From the IMG/VR virus record IMGVR_UViG_3300037089_000506: a stretch of DNA of 64,000 nucleotides, one strand, 5' to 3'. This stretch comes from a virus. The position numbers and the translations under genes were made by a program. The first letter of the stretch is position 1, and every line of letters starts with the position of its first letter. This document shows positions 29,661 through 40,083 of the stretch, piece after piece. The notes under the pieces were generated by a model that was not told the DNA's origin, did no database searches, and saw only the letters and a list, made by a program, of their open reading frames with translations.

Positions 29661-31851
29661 AGCAGAATGGACCACTAATGCTAACTTTGGTCAAATAATA
29701 CCTCAATCCATAAATAATGCTCTTTCTCAATTTAAGACATTTATTACTGAACTCAATAATGCTATTCAAATAGTAAAAGAAATATTGACTGAAGTAGGAC
29801 AATTTTTAGTCTCTCCTTATGATCTTTTGGCTGTGTTTATTAAAAATTATGCTTCCGCTATTATAACGGTATTTGAAGATGCATTGTCTATAGGGGGCAG
29901 CTATATTGTTATTCACCCTTGGAATGTACTAGGAAGCGATGGAAACCCAAAAAACACTATAGATATGCTAGAGCCCCTTGTTGATAAGAATAACTTTACT
30001 GTTTTTAAATCAATAAGTACAACAGTATTACCTGTTGGAGGGAAAAACTCAGGTAAATCTATCCCAGGGCCAACTGCTACTAAAACCACTACAGGGAAAA
30101 AAAGTTCATTCTTTCAAGCGATTCCTTCCCTCACCCCCCAGCAAGCATTTAATGAATTTTTTGCTTCTTTTAGTAATACTAATGATAAACATAAGCCCAC
30201 ATGGTCAGTGAACACTCAAGCCACTGGGTTTGGGTTTCTTATTACCACTGCCAGCCCTTCAGCTTTTATGTCATTGCTTACTCTTTTAGGCCAGTTCTTT
30301 AATTTTAATGAACTTACAGAGGCTAAAAATAATCTATTCAAAACCTTTGCTAACTTTGGTAATGATACCGCCTCTCAAGGACAGAGCGCTTCTCTTATTG
30401 ACTCTAAGGATTTAAGCAAATTCTCAACAGATTGGGCGGGTATAGCTGAAACTAATAATACTCTTCAAACCGGCAATACATCAGAAAAGCTATCTGCTCT
30501 AGATAGTCTCATTGAGAATTCGAATATAAAAGGATATCATTGGGTAGGATTAAACGTAAATAATTTTAGTGTATTACAAGACCTTATCACAATGCTCCAA
30601 AAACTTATTAAACGTGTACAAGATGAGATGGCAACCCAAGAAAATGCCATACAAGAGATGGTAAATGCACTTATAAAGAAAATAACCTCCTTACAGACAG
30701 TACTCCTACAAATATATAATGTCACTACCTCAATTGTAGCAGCATTGGAATATACAGGAATATATACCTTTGTTATTCCTAAGGGTTATGGTGGAGTACA
30801 ATATATACAGCAAGCGCTACAATCTAGTTTAGCTACTTCACCTATAGCAGCCACCCTTAATCTTACTCAACTGAGCGCATTACTATTCTTTGGGGCATCT
30901 ACAGGAGTGAATATAGACTCGTGGAACTCTCTTTTTGCTGCTGCCTGGGCAGCAACCTCTGCTGAATACAACTCTCTTTTATCAGAGTTTAATTTGAATT
31001 TCAATTATAATATAGCGCCTGCTTTTGATACAACAGTCTTTTCCTTTGGTCAAAGTATTAATCTTAGTGTAACTTCTCCGAATGCCACTAGTATACATCC
31101 ATTTTATTATACCTATCAGCTCACCGATAGCTCAGGAAAAATTATATCACAGCAAACAGAGACAAATATTCTTGCAGGAGATGTAGCAATAGTCAATAGT
31201 AGCAAATTTAATATTATTCTATCTCCTCCTGATCTACTTGTACCTCCTTTTGGGACGCTCTTATATAACATCACTATTACTATTTTTGATGGTTTACTCT
31301 CTTCTTTTAATTATAGTAAAACATTTCATGTATCAGATAGTATAAGTAATGTAAATCCTATTATTACTAATACAAATCCAGGAACATTTACTGCCAATAC
31401 AGATGCTAAAGTTACAGTTTATTCCGGAAACACTAAAGTAGAGGAATCTAACTATACTGCTGGGTCCGTAGGATCATTTGGTTCCTCCCTCTATAAAGAC
31501 CAGCAAGGAGTTACTCTAAGCATTACTGATAGTAATGGAACAAATATAACACTTCCTCTATCTGTCTTTGCAGGATACACACAATATGATTATGTAACAT
31601 TCAATGACTTCACTTCTATAAAATTCCTAAGGGTTGACTCCCTCCCTATTATGATATGTTTGGAATTTGGTGGAATACTACAATGGGGTATTCAAGGTAA
31701 ACTCCTGTTGACATTTAATCTTCCTACTTGTATTAAAGTAGCAGAATCAGGGATATATGAGTATTACTACCTAGATAATAATGGTAAGCAGTGGGGTCCC
31801 TACTATATTTCAATTACTACCTCCCCTCTCAGCTCTCTTCATATTTGCTAA
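29629..31851 (+). CDS. Large structural protein (baseplate/tail-associated)
   Basis: 740 aa; helical N-half, beta-rich Ser/Thr/Asn C-half; in the late operon. Confidence 0.55.
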   Translation: MPSNSTISNNKAEWTTNANFGQIIPQSINNALSQFKTFITELNNAIQIVKEILTEVGQFLVSPYDLLAVFIKNYASAIITVFEDALSIGGSYIVIHPWNVLGSDGNPKNTIDMLEPLVDKNNFTVFKSISTTVLPVGGKNSGKSIPGPTATKTTTGKKSSFFQAIPSLTPQQAFNEFFASFSNTNDKHKPTWSVNTQATGFGFLITTASPSAFMSLLTLLGQFFNFNELTEAKNNLFKTFANFGNDTASQGQSASLIDSKDLSKFSTDWAGIAETNNTLQTGNTSEKLSALDSLIENSNIKGYHWVGLNVNNFSVLQDLITMLQKLIKRVQDEMATQENAIQEMVNALIKKITSLQTVLLQIYNVTTSIVAALEYTGIYTFVIPKGYGGVQYIQQALQSSLATSPIAATLNLTQLSALLFFGASTGVNIDSWNSLFAAAWAATSAEYNSLLSEFNLNFNYNIAPAFDTTVFSFGQSINLSVTSPNATSIHPFYYTYQLTDSSGKIISQQTETNILAGDVAIVNSSKFNIILSPPDLLVPPFGTLLYNITITIFDGLLSSFNYSKTFHVSDSISNVNPIITNTNPGTFTANTDAKVTVYSGNTKVEESNYTAGSVGSFGSSLYKDQQGVTLSITDSNGTNITLPLSVFAGYTQYDYVTFNDFTSIKFLRVDSLPIMICLEFGGILQWGIQGKLLLTFNLPTCIKVAESGIYEYYYLDNNGKQWGPYYISITTSPLSSLHIC

Positions 31852-31858
31852 CTAATTA
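31851..31858 (+). promoter_or_regulatory. Putative late-promoter motif ACTAATTA
   Basis: Upstream of AAGGA and ATG 31876. Confidence 0.65.
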
Positions 31859-31875
31859 GATAAGGAATGTAAAAA

Positions 31876-32841
31876 ATGGGAGAATTTTTATTATCTTGGA
31901 TATCTAAAACACCTTTAGATCAAATTCTTACCATAGGAATATTATTAGGATCTTTAGCTATAGTAGCAGTCATTATTGTCAAATTAGTAGAGGCTCTTAA
32001 AAAGAATCATTCTATTCCCACAGCAACATTAACAGCAGAGGGACTAAAATTAGGTGTATCTTCAGAAGAAGAAGCAACAGTAGCATTACAAAAAGAGGTT
32101 TTATCCCCTATGGAACATAAACTAATCAATTTTTTTGAAGCTAGAAATAGGGAACAAGAAGTTGAGATTGCAGAGTTACGAACAGAATTATGTCAAATTA
32201 AAAATGAATTACAAGATATGAGAATTCAACTTGGAATAAGAATTAAAGTAGAAGAAGATAGGAAGAAAAATTTAATACCCTTTAATCAACATACAATGTT
32301 TACTAATCTAAAGTCTAGTATAGAACGAAGCATAGACTTCCCTGATATTGATAATGATGAATATAAACGAAAAATATATATTAGTAAAATCTTTATTCAA
32401 GAGTGTAGGTCACCTATTTTATATTCTGTTTTTAAGGACTTTATTACTGCTCTCGAAGCTATCAAGAATGAGGAAGAAAAAATAAATTTTTTATTCTCAA
32501 TACCAGATAAGCTCTATGAAGCTATAGATGAGTATTGTGAAGAAGCATATAAAAAGGAACTCATATTCAATAATATATGTATTATAGGCATACCTCGTTG
32601 TTTTGTTGAAAAATACCGACAGTTTACTCAGCCTCATGTTGATTTGTTAGCAAACAAAATTAAAAGTGTATTGTATTCCTCTTTCTATCGTACATGGCAA
32701 CTAAAACTAATTATGATATTAGATGTTATGGACACAGTGTTCTCTTTAGTTACCCATGAGCTTGTAAAAGCAATAAATACATTAGATGGAGAAGTAGATA
32801 AGCAAATAGAAGAAAAAATTGCTAAGGCTAAATGTCAATAA
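31876..32841 (+). CDS. Single-TM protein, holin candidate
   Basis: N-terminal TM (ILTIGILLGSLAIVAVIIV) plus soluble domain; late motif; next to a putative peptidase. Confidence 0.45.
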   Translation: MGEFLLSWISKTPLDQILTIGILLGSLAIVAVIIVKLVEALKKNHSIPTATLTAEGLKLGVSSEEEATVALQKEVLSPMEHKLINFFEARNREQEVEIAELRTELCQIKNELQDMRIQLGIRIKVEEDRKKNLIPFNQHTMFTNLKSSIERSIDFPDIDNDEYKRKIYISKIFIQECRSPILYSVFKDFITALEAIKNEEEKINFLFSIPDKLYEAIDEYCEEAYKKELIFNNICIIGIPRCFVEKYRQFTQPHVDLLANKIKSVLYSSFYRTWQLKLIMILDVMDTVFSLVTHELVKAINTLDGEVDKQIEEKIAKAKCQ

Positions 32842-32850
32842 GGAGATAAA

Positions 32851-33282
32851 ATGCCAGTATACCAAAATTTACCAGGAGTAGTAGAAACTTGTCATGAGGT
32901 AGGATGTTATTTTTCATGCTTATTTCATTATAGAGACTTAATTGGATTACCTACCTCTATAGATTTATTAAATTCAACTTGGTATGATGCTTTTAATAAG
33001 AATATTTTAGATTCAGGATATAATATTGTAGACCCTAATGGACTATGCCAATTAATGGAAATTCCTTTACAATATATTGATGGGCACTTTCCACCTTCAA
33101 TACCTTTAGATTCCACTGTCTATAGAATACTTTGTCTTTTTAGACCAAGTAATGGTTTTCACCATTTTGTTCAAGGTAATGATAAAAACTCTATTTTTTA
33201 TGATCCTATTACACCGTATAGCCTTACTGCAAAAGCTCCTGAAACAATAGTAGATTCATTAAGGTTATATAAAATTATTTAA
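32851..33282 (+). CDS. Papain-like Cys-His-Asp protein resembling Borrelia DUF261
   Basis: GCYFSCLFHY, HHFV, IFYDP and C-terminal SLRLYK follow the DUF261 pattern as recalled (GCYFLCLHYY...HF...LYDS...KRIFK). Confidence 0.6.
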   Translation: MPVYQNLPGVVETCHEVGCYFSCLFHYRDLIGLPTSIDLLNSTWYDAFNKNILDSGYNIVDPNGLCQLMEIPLQYIDGHFPPSIPLDSTVYRILCLFRPSNGFHHFVQGNDKNSIFYDPITPYSLTAKAPETIVDSLRLYKII

Positions 33283-33288
33283 TACAAA

Positions 33289-33453
33289 TTAATAATCATC
33301 TCTATAGTTCTGTCTTTCCTCTCTTACTCTCTTTACTTTAGGCTTGACATTTTCTATATCCGCTTTTATAGAAGATATTTCATAAGAATATTTTTGAGTG
33401 TCCTCCTCAAATTTTGCTAATGTAGCTCTAATCATTCTTTTACAATTCTTCAT
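33289..33453 (-). CDS. Small hypothetical protein (54 aa, not in track)
   Basis: TAATG-coupled to 33453-33734; MKNCKRMIRATLAKFEEDTQKYSYEISSIKADIENVKPKVKRVREERQNYRDDY. Confidence 0.5.
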   Translation of the reverse strand: MKNCKRMIRATLAKFEEDTQKYSYEISSIKADIENVKPKVKRVREERQNYRDDY

Positions 33454-33734
33454 TACTTGCATTTAATATCCTCCTTTTGGATATATTCCATTAATATTTC
33501 TGTCACTAGTTGATTAAAAGTAATATCTTTCTCATGTGCCATTAAAGCTAATCCATTAAAGATACTATCACTTAATTCTATCTCTACTGTAACTTTAGTA
33601 TCATATGGCATTAATACTGCTACATCTTTATTATTATCATTGATAGTATACACAGTACCTGTGGATACATCCTCAAACACTAAATCAAAGACATCCCCAT
33701 TTTCTAGTTCTTTGACTGAGACTCGTTTATTCAT
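33453..33734 (-). CDS. Hypothetical protein with ribbon-helix-helix-like C-terminus
   Basis: EIELSDSIFNGLALMAHEKDITFNQLVTEIL; own promoter. Confidence 0.6.
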   Translation of the reverse strand: MNKRVSVKELENGDVFDLVFEDVSTGTVYTINDNNKDVAVLMPYDTKVTVEIELSDSIFNGLALMAHEKDITFNQLVTEILMEYIQKEDIKCK

Positions 33735-33752
33735 CTGGTTACCTCTGGATAA

Positions 33753-33781
33753 AATATAGCATACTATGAAGAAAAAGTCAA
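33753..33781 (-). promoter_or_regulatory. Sigma70 promoter with extended -10
   Basis: Minus strand TTGACT (33781-33776), 17 nt ending TGC, TATATT (33758-33753). Confidence 0.8.
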
Positions 33782-33810
33782 GTGCTTATATTGTTGCTCT
33801 TCTATTAATT

Positions 33811-36696
33811 TTAATATCCAGGTACTCCCATTTTTCTTAGACTATCAATAGAATCTTGTCGAAGCTCTTGCCCAGTTTTTCCTCCAAAAGGTACTTTTTT
33901 ACCATGAGGAGTATTGGGATTGGTTACAAGCCCTTCTACATTCTCTGGCGCTGGGGGCATGAAGGCTGAGGATTCTGTATCCTCGTCTACTTGTGCCTCA
34001 TCAAAAGAAAGCTCCGATACTTCCCCCGTACCTAAACTTAAATCCTTCTTATGCAATTTTGCATTTTTGATTTCTTCTATTACAGCTTGGGCTATAGAGT
34101 AGAATTCTTTTAGTTGGGTACTATAATTATCATAATAGAAGAATTCACTCTTATAATAAGCTTCATTATTAAAATCAGGTGTTTCAGCTATAATAATCTT
34201 ATTATAAGCAATAAGTGTACCTGAGTTACTATATCTAATGCTAAAATGTTCATCTATAGGAAAACCCTCCATAGAAAATAGTTTTGATCTTTTAACCTTA
34301 TGATAAAAGGGTATAGAGTTTATTTCGTCAAATAATTCTTGAGTTCTATCAAATAGCTTACCAAATTTTTGTGTTATCTCCTCTGCTGAACTGAAACTAG
34401 TATAATTTATTTCTATACCCTTTTTAGGAAATTGAAGTTCTTTAGTAAATATTCCTTCTTCATAAGATTGATTTTCATCTAAAGATTCCTTTATCCTTTG
34501 AGACTCTAATTGTGGGCTTAAGGATAAATATGCTTGTTTTTGATCTAAAGACTGCTGCTTTGAATCTTTTTTCTGTTTTAATGCTATCTTTATCTCCATA
34601 CAGATATCTTTTATTATATCTATATACTTCTCATTAACAAAGAATTCAGTAGATGTACAAATATTTCTTATATTATTTCCATTTATCATGGCTTTCATAT
34701 CAAGTATAGGTTTAGCAAGGGCCTTCTTAATCATAAAATGTTCTTTATATGTACCACATTTATACATGAGAACGGAATATCCATTAGAAGCTTTGAATTT
34801 ATCAGAGCCAAGTTGCTTTACTTGGAATAATAGATTTAAAATTGGTGTCCAATATGCATTTACTTTTTCTTCATATTCTCGTTCACTAATATCATCAGGG
34901 CCTTCAATATCTTTAGTGAAAGAACTATCTATAGGAGGAGTAAAGTTTTGAGCTTCTTCTATAGATTCTTTTATTTTACCACCAGCAGCATTGGTCAATA
35001 CTATATAGAGTTTAGGTTTACCAGGAACATTAGTATGCTCTAATGGTTTTCCTGTCATCTCTAATGCTAAATCCTGATCTATCTTTATACCAGTTATTTT
35101 AGCAAGTTCTTTGGCTAATAGTGTATTAAATATAAGCCTCATTGGATTTTCTGTTTCTATAACTATAATTTGGAAGTGTTGCTTACCCCATAATTTAATA
35201 TAAGATTTAAAAGCTAATGCTGCTATTTTAGCTATCCGAGTTTCATTAAAAATAGGAGCACTATCAGGAGATAATTTCATATAATTCGTATTAGCATTCA
35301 ATAGATTTACAGAGATTTTCAATACATGTCTAATGTCATGGAACAACAAGAATTTCCAAGCCTGAGGGAAACGAGCATCAGTCTCTTTCATCACTTGGAA
35401 TCGCATCTCATAGGTATATCTCTGGTCTACTATCATAGCTCTAGCCACGAGCTGTGTTGAGTTCAGTTCAAATTCATAAGGATCACGAATTTGATAAAAA
35501 TCGTATGAGCCATAATCATAATTATTATTAGTAGTAATATGAGAATGGTTATAGATTGAATCCTCATTTAGATTATCCTCTTCACTACCATTTACTGGAA
35601 ATTTATCACCACACTCCTTACATTCACATTTACCATAAGGTTCAGTCATTATATTATTTCCAGTAGCACCACATTTAGGACATATAATTCTCCCTTCTGT
35701 ATAAACATTACTGTGTTTCCAATCTTTGGGGTTCATAGGAGGGTTAATCCCCTTTATATCCATTCCATGACACTCAAAGGTAGAACCATTATCAAATCTT
35801 ACATCATAAAGAATATGTCCCATATCGTTGTAAGAAGATAATACAGTTCCAGGAAGCTGTTTATTCATAATATACTTTTCCATAACCCCAGAATCAAAGG
35901 GAAGCCTTATTAATACTACTCTATCTCCTTTTTTATAGGGTTCTTCATTTTCTTTTAAAAATATATCATTTATAGGTATATCTCTCATTATACCATCTTG
36001 TGGCATATCAGTAATAGCGTCTATCTTATCTGGGAATTCATCCTTCTTTATCTCTTTATCTAATATTTTCTGTGCTGTCTCTACATCAATAAATAAACGA
36101 TTGACAAGACTGAATAGGATATTAGCATCAGTAGCCTTTTTCTTTTTCAAGTCCTTTATTATGGCTTGAGCCTGTTCTAGTTTTGTCATACCAGTATATT
36201 CTTGGTCTTCCCCTTTAGTTGAAGACTTTGCTCTATCCAAATCCTCTCTAAAAGGCTTATTCCTGCTTCTGTAGGACTGTTTCATTGGATTCCCCATCTT
36301 AGCACCATAGTTAGGATAGGATGGAGCCTGGGTGGGCTGTGGAGCCTGTACAGACTGTGGGGGTGTAGATGCTCCCATAGTTTGAGTTGGTGTTATAGGT
36401 TGAGTAGGGACATTATCTAAAGTAGATTGTGGTAATGGGTTACCTTGAGCTTGAATTCCGTTAGCCGATACTTGAGATAGCCCTTTAGCTGACGGATTCT
36501 GTCCACTTAAGCCTAAACTCTGTTGCACTTGTTGAACGAGGTTATCATAATCCTCTGCCGACTGAGGTTTTAAGTTAGAAATAGCATTATCCCAGGTGGC
36601 CTGAACAGTTTGTTCTGGATTAGATTTTACCTGATTAGTAAGCGTATCTACCATTCCTGGTTGTTGCGCATCTTCGTTTACATTACGTTTAGCCAT
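33811..36696 (-). CDS. Large multi-domain putative internal head protein
   Basis: 961 aa; Gln/Pro-rich N-terminus, SH3/KOW-like segment, Zn ribbon CPKC...CKEC, repeated (I/L/V/F)xE(S/D) linkers; ACTAATTT motif upstream. Confidence 0.6.
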   Translation of the reverse strand: MAKRNVNEDAQQPGMVDTLTNQVKSNPEQTVQATWDNAISNLKPQSAEDYDNLVQQVQQSLGLSGQNPSAKGLSQVSANGIQAQGNPLPQSTLDNVPTQPITPTQTMGASTPPQSVQAPQPTQAPSYPNYGAKMGNPMKQSYRSRNKPFREDLDRAKSSTKGEDQEYTGMTKLEQAQAIIKDLKKKKATDANILFSLVNRLFIDVETAQKILDKEIKKDEFPDKIDAITDMPQDGIMRDIPINDIFLKENEEPYKKGDRVVLIRLPFDSGVMEKYIMNKQLPGTVLSSYNDMGHILYDVRFDNGSTFECHGMDIKGINPPMNPKDWKHSNVYTEGRIICPKCGATGNNIMTEPYGKCECKECGDKFPVNGSEEDNLNEDSIYNHSHITTNNNYDYGSYDFYQIRDPYEFELNSTQLVARAMIVDQRYTYEMRFQVMKETDARFPQAWKFLLFHDIRHVLKISVNLLNANTNYMKLSPDSAPIFNETRIAKIAALAFKSYIKLWGKQHFQIIVIETENPMRLIFNTLLAKELAKITGIKIDQDLALEMTGKPLEHTNVPGKPKLYIVLTNAAGGKIKESIEEAQNFTPPIDSSFTKDIEGPDDISEREYEEKVNAYWTPILNLLFQVKQLGSDKFKASNGYSVLMYKCGTYKEHFMIKKALAKPILDMKAMINGNNIRNICTSTEFFVNEKYIDIIKDICMEIKIALKQKKDSKQQSLDQKQAYLSLSPQLESQRIKESLDENQSYEEGIFTKELQFPKKGIEINYTSFSSAEEITQKFGKLFDRTQELFDEINSIPFYHKVKRSKLFSMEGFPIDEHFSIRYSNSGTLIAYNKIIIAETPDFNNEAYYKSEFFYYDNYSTQLKEFYSIAQAVIEEIKNAKLHKKDLSLGTGEVSELSFDEAQVDEDTESSAFMPPAPENVEGLVTNPNTPHGKKVPFGGKTGQELRQDSIDSLRKMGVPGY

Positions 36697-36745
36697 TCTA
36701 ACGTCCTTATATATTAAATTAGTCCTTTCTCTTCAGGCTCTCTTC

Positions 36746-37288
36746 CTACCAGTTAAGCAAGGACCTTCGTTGAGCCAATTGTAGTAAATAATTATATAAA
36801 GCAGTATTTACAGGAGTATCATAATATACTATATTCAACTTTTGCCATATAATAGTTCTTGCCCCAAAAGTCCCTAAAATATCTGAAACTTTCAATGGTA
36901 GCACCCATGGCTGGGCTCCTATGGGGTTTTCAAAAAATTTTAATAATATTGAGCCTTGTGGTATTATTGTTCCTAAATTGGTTCCAATAGGTGAATAGCA
37001 TACAAATGGTTCTTTATCTTCTTTACTATCTTTACCAGCATTAGCAGAGATATAAGTGCCATCAGATTGAATGAAGCGCCTCATAGGTACATCTTGAAAT
37101 GAGGGAAATATAATATTAACCACACCTATTTCTTCTACATTCAATGCTGTAGTATCTTGAACTTCATTCAAGGTTTCATCTATAATGATAACATCAGTGG
37201 CAAAACCACTCAATATGATTGAGTTATCCACCAATGTTTGCGCTATTCTGTTTTCTGTTGCAGAGAGTCTTGATTGCCAGCTAGACAT
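36746..37288 (-). CDS. Hypothetical virion protein (head-completion/neck candidate)
   Basis: 180 aa; ACTAATTA 3 nt upstream of ATG. Confidence 0.55.
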   Translation of the reverse strand: MSSWQSRLSATENRIAQTLVDNSIILSGFATDVIIIDETLNEVQDTTALNVEEIGVVNIIFPSFQDVPMRRFIQSDGTYISANAGKDSKEDKEPFVCYSPIGTNLGTIIPQGSILLKFFENPIGAQPWVLPLKVSDILGTFGARTIIWQKLNIVYYDTPVNTALYNYLLQLAQRRSLLNW

Positions 37289-37890
37289 ACATAATTAGTC
37301 GGTAGAGTTAACCACCAGTCATTTACTGGACAGACGATATTTACATATTCTTGGGTGCTCTTTTTAAGTGTATTATTTATAACCCTTCTAGTACCGCCAT
37401 TATAGGCTGCTACAGCATTTTTCCAATTACCAAATTGAGTATATAAGTCTCGTAAATAACAAATACCAAGGTGGACATTATCCCATGAATTGTGTATAGG
37501 ATTATATGATTTTTCTGATCTCCATGGCTCTTTATAATTATGGGAAAAACGTTCAATATTATCTGAATTTATTTGCATAAGCCCATAATCAATAGAGAGT
37601 ATTCTATGATGCTTATCATAATTAGGGGAAGGAGAATTTGAATGCCATTGACTTTCTTGTTCTATAAGTTTATGTACGAGCACGACAGGAACATTATATT
37701 TCTCACACTCTTTTGATATATAGGATAAAAGTTCTTTATTAAACCATGGTGGAGGTATTGGATATTTTATTATTATTTTTTTTGCTGGAAGCTCTACAGT
37801 ATAAAGTCTATTAGGTATATAGTACGTGAAGGGGATTGCAGGTGCGAGGGTACAAAGAATAAACAACCCCAGGACAATCTGTTTTATCAC
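37243..37890 (-). CDS. Soluble lytic transglycosylase (SLT domain) with N-terminal signal/anchor
   Basis: LIEQESQW, DYGLMQIN, NVHLGICYL, AVAAYNGG; GTG start with GGGAG RBS. Confidence 0.9.
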   Translation of the reverse strand: MIKQIVLGLFILCTLAPAIPFTYYIPNRLYTVELPAKKIIIKYPIPPPWFNKELLSYISKECEKYNVPVVLVHKLIEQESQWHSNSPSPNYDKHHRILSIDYGLMQINSDNIERFSHNYKEPWRSEKSYNPIHNSWDNVHLGICYLRDLYTQFGNWKNAVAAYNGGTRRVINNTLKKSTQEYVNIVCPVNDWWLTLPTNYVCLAGNQDSLQQKTE

Positions 37891-37920
37891 GATTAAACTC
37901 CCATACTAATGATAGTATTG

Positions 37921-37949
37921 AATATACCATTATAAATTAGTCCTGTCAA
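37921..37949 (-). promoter_or_regulatory. Sigma70 promoter overlapping an ACTAATTT motif
   Basis: Minus strand TTGACA (37949-37944), 17 nt, TATATT (37926-37921). Confidence 0.75.
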
Positions 37950-38341
37950 TCAGATTCTTCTACCTTTAGTTTTGTATGAGTTGTAATCCAACTTCTATAT
38001 ATTTCTCTCAAAAACTCTAAATCCTCCGTTTTTTGCATATGCTCTATAAAGTTATTAAAATCTTCTTTATTATTCATTTGTTCTTCAATAGCAGACTCTA
38101 AAGCGAAATCCTCCATATCGGGGTGACCAGTAATTATTTTAGTTGATTCTAATACAGAATTATATACATTTTCAGCATCAAACCCAGCATGAAGTAAAAA
38201 AGCTAAAAAACTTTTTACAGCTTTTTCAAGCTTAGCTTCATTATCTACTATTCCTGTAGTATCTACAAGAGAATGAGTCTCTGTAGCATCCTCATTTACT
38301 TTGAGTGAATGTTTAAAATCAAAATATTCATTTACATTCAT
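37946..38341 (-). CDS. Hypothetical acidic protein
   Basis: 131 aa; VNEDA and LESA motifs like the other putative head proteins. Confidence 0.6.
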   Translation of the reverse strand: MNVNEYFDFKHSLKVNEDATETHSLVDTTGIVDNEAKLEKAVKSFLAFLLHAGFDAENVYNSVLESTKIITGHPDMEDFALESAIEEQMNNKEDFNNFIEHMQKTEDLEFLREIYRSWITTHTKLKVEESD

Positions 38342-38493
38342 TTAGGTTCCTTTTTCTTTTTTAACTCTTCATGGAGTGAAAAGTTTATAGTATTTACATT
38401 AGCAACAAATACCTCAGCAGATACTTCACCTAAGATGTAATTTCGACTAATGTTTAGTATCTGACTAGCCAATTCTTTTATTTTATCCTCCAT
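38338..38493 (-). CDS. Small hypothetical protein (51 aa, not in track)
   Basis: AAGGAG RBS, ATGA overlap with the 38341 start; MEDKIKELASQILNISRNYILGEVSAEVFVANVNTINFSLHEELKKKKEPK. Confidence 0.6.
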   Translation of the reverse strand: MEDKIKELASQILNISRNYILGEVSAEVFVANVNTINFSLHEELKKKKEPK

Positions 38494-38513
38494 GAGATAT
38501 ACTCCTTTCTCAA

Positions 38514-38702
38514 TTAGTCCTTTTCCCTAATATCTTTAGTAAAGCATCCAACATGAAACCATTTTTTTGTACCATCTAAAAAAGAGATAGAAAAAGGAAA
38601 ATCATTAGTATTTGTAGATAAAGAGTCGCATATTCTTCCGCATATAACACATTTTTTTAGATGCCCCTTATGAAAAGCATCATCATTCATTATTTGCTTC
38701 AT
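38514..38702 (-). CDS. Small Zn-finger protein
   Basis: CVIC...HVGC. Confidence 0.55.
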   Translation of the reverse strand: MKQIMNDDAFHKGHLKKCVICGRICDSLSTNTNDFPFSISFLDGTKKWFHVGCFTKDIREKD

Positions 38703-40083
38703 CGAGTATATCCCCTCCCCCTATTAATTCATTAAGTCTAAAAGTAGGACCATTAAAATTATACCTACCTGTAGCACCAACTCTGCCCATATTTTGCTTT
38801 ATTATCTGTACTTCTAAAACATCGGGAAGAATAGCAGCATCAGCATCACCAGCCAGGAGTTGATCAGCATAATATTTAGCTCTGAAAACTGCTAATACCG
38901 TTCTAGAACGTTCAGCTAAAGCAGAAGAATTTTTAATATTATTTCTAGTAGGACGTAATTTCTTCAGGTCTTGAACAGTTAAAACTTTAGCCGAATCTGC
39001 TTCTCTATTCATCTGGGTTATGGCAATAATACATACATTCTCCTTTTTGGCAATAGCATTCGTTTTATTTATTGCTTTCTCCATGATGGTAGGTAAAGAT
39101 GAATTTTTATTTCCTGCCATATCCATAAACTCTCTCACTTGCGTTATCAAATCTACAAATACAATAAGATATTGTACTTTATAAGTAAGTTTAAATTCTC
39201 GTATATGATGCCTTATTTGATCTAATGTAATATCTGGTTCATCAATGAATTTAAATGCCTTATCCTTTAGTTTTTCTTTTTCTTTCTGTACTATCTCAAT
39301 CAATGAATCCATTGTGGGTCCAGTTGAATACCATTGATCAATGGGTATATTACTTCTCATTGCCATCCACCTATCCATAGTACTAATTTCATCCATTTCA
39401 GGAGAAAAGTAAAGACATGGAACATTAGAATCCACTAGGTTAGACATTTCATATAATCCATATATTGATTTACCTGTCCCAGTAGCACCAGCAATTAATA
39501 TAATCTGTCCAGGAGCTGCTTTTTTAGTTAGATTTTGATCCAAGAAATTTTCACAGAAAGGAAAGTGTAAACCTTTTTTTCTTTCCCGTAGTTCATCAGT
39601 ATAATTATCAAGGAGCATTTCAAAATCTTTACTTACAACTTGTTTATAAGCAGTGGCTAAGGTTTCTTGAATTGAGTACTCTAATGAAGATACTTTCAAT
39701 GTATCTAAAGGATCATGTGAAGTTGTAAGTTCTTGTATCTTTTCTATGGTTTTATTTATCTTATGCTTTGCTATTGAATCCTTCAAGGAATCAAGAGCAC
39801 CGGCAAGGTTGGATATATCTACCTGTAAAGAAAAAAGATTTTTATTAGTAGCAATATCAACATTATTTTCTAGTCTATTGGCTTCTCTAAATAATGAGGT
39901 TTCATTCACTTCCTCTCCTGTTTCTCTTAAATTTTGTAAAGCAGTATAATATGCTTTGAATTTAGGATTATGGAAAGAATCAGAAGTGATATCCTTTATA
40001 CTAACATCGGGGTTTTCAATTAATATTTTCAATACTTGCATTTGTGCCATTAGCACAAAATTTTCGTTAGTTCGTTCTTCCAT
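38683..40083 (-). CDS. dnaB: Replicative DnaB-like helicase
   Basis: IILIAGATGTGKS, YFSPEM, FVDLI, ITQMNR, DVLEVQIIKQNMG. Confidence 0.9.
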   Translation of the reverse strand: MEERTNENFVLMAQMQVLKILIENPDVSIKDITSDSFHNPKFKAYYTALQNLRETGEEVNETSLFREANRLENNVDIATNKNLFSLQVDISNLAGALDSLKDSIAKHKINKTIEKIQELTTSHDPLDTLKVSSLEYSIQETLATAYKQVVSKDFEMLLDNYTDELRERKKGLHFPFCENFLDQNLTKKAAPGQIILIAGATGTGKSIYGLYEMSNLVDSNVPCLYFSPEMDEISTMDRWMAMRSNIPIDQWYSTGPTMDSLIEIVQKEKEKLKDKAFKFIDEPDITLDQIRHHIREFKLTYKVQYLIVFVDLITQVREFMDMAGNKNSSLPTIMEKAINKTNAIAKKENVCIIAITQMNREADSAKVLTVQDLKKLRPTRNNIKNSSALAERSRTVLAVFRAKYYADQLLAGDADAAILPDVLEVQIIKQNMGRVGATGRYNFNGPTFRLNELIGGGDILDEANNE

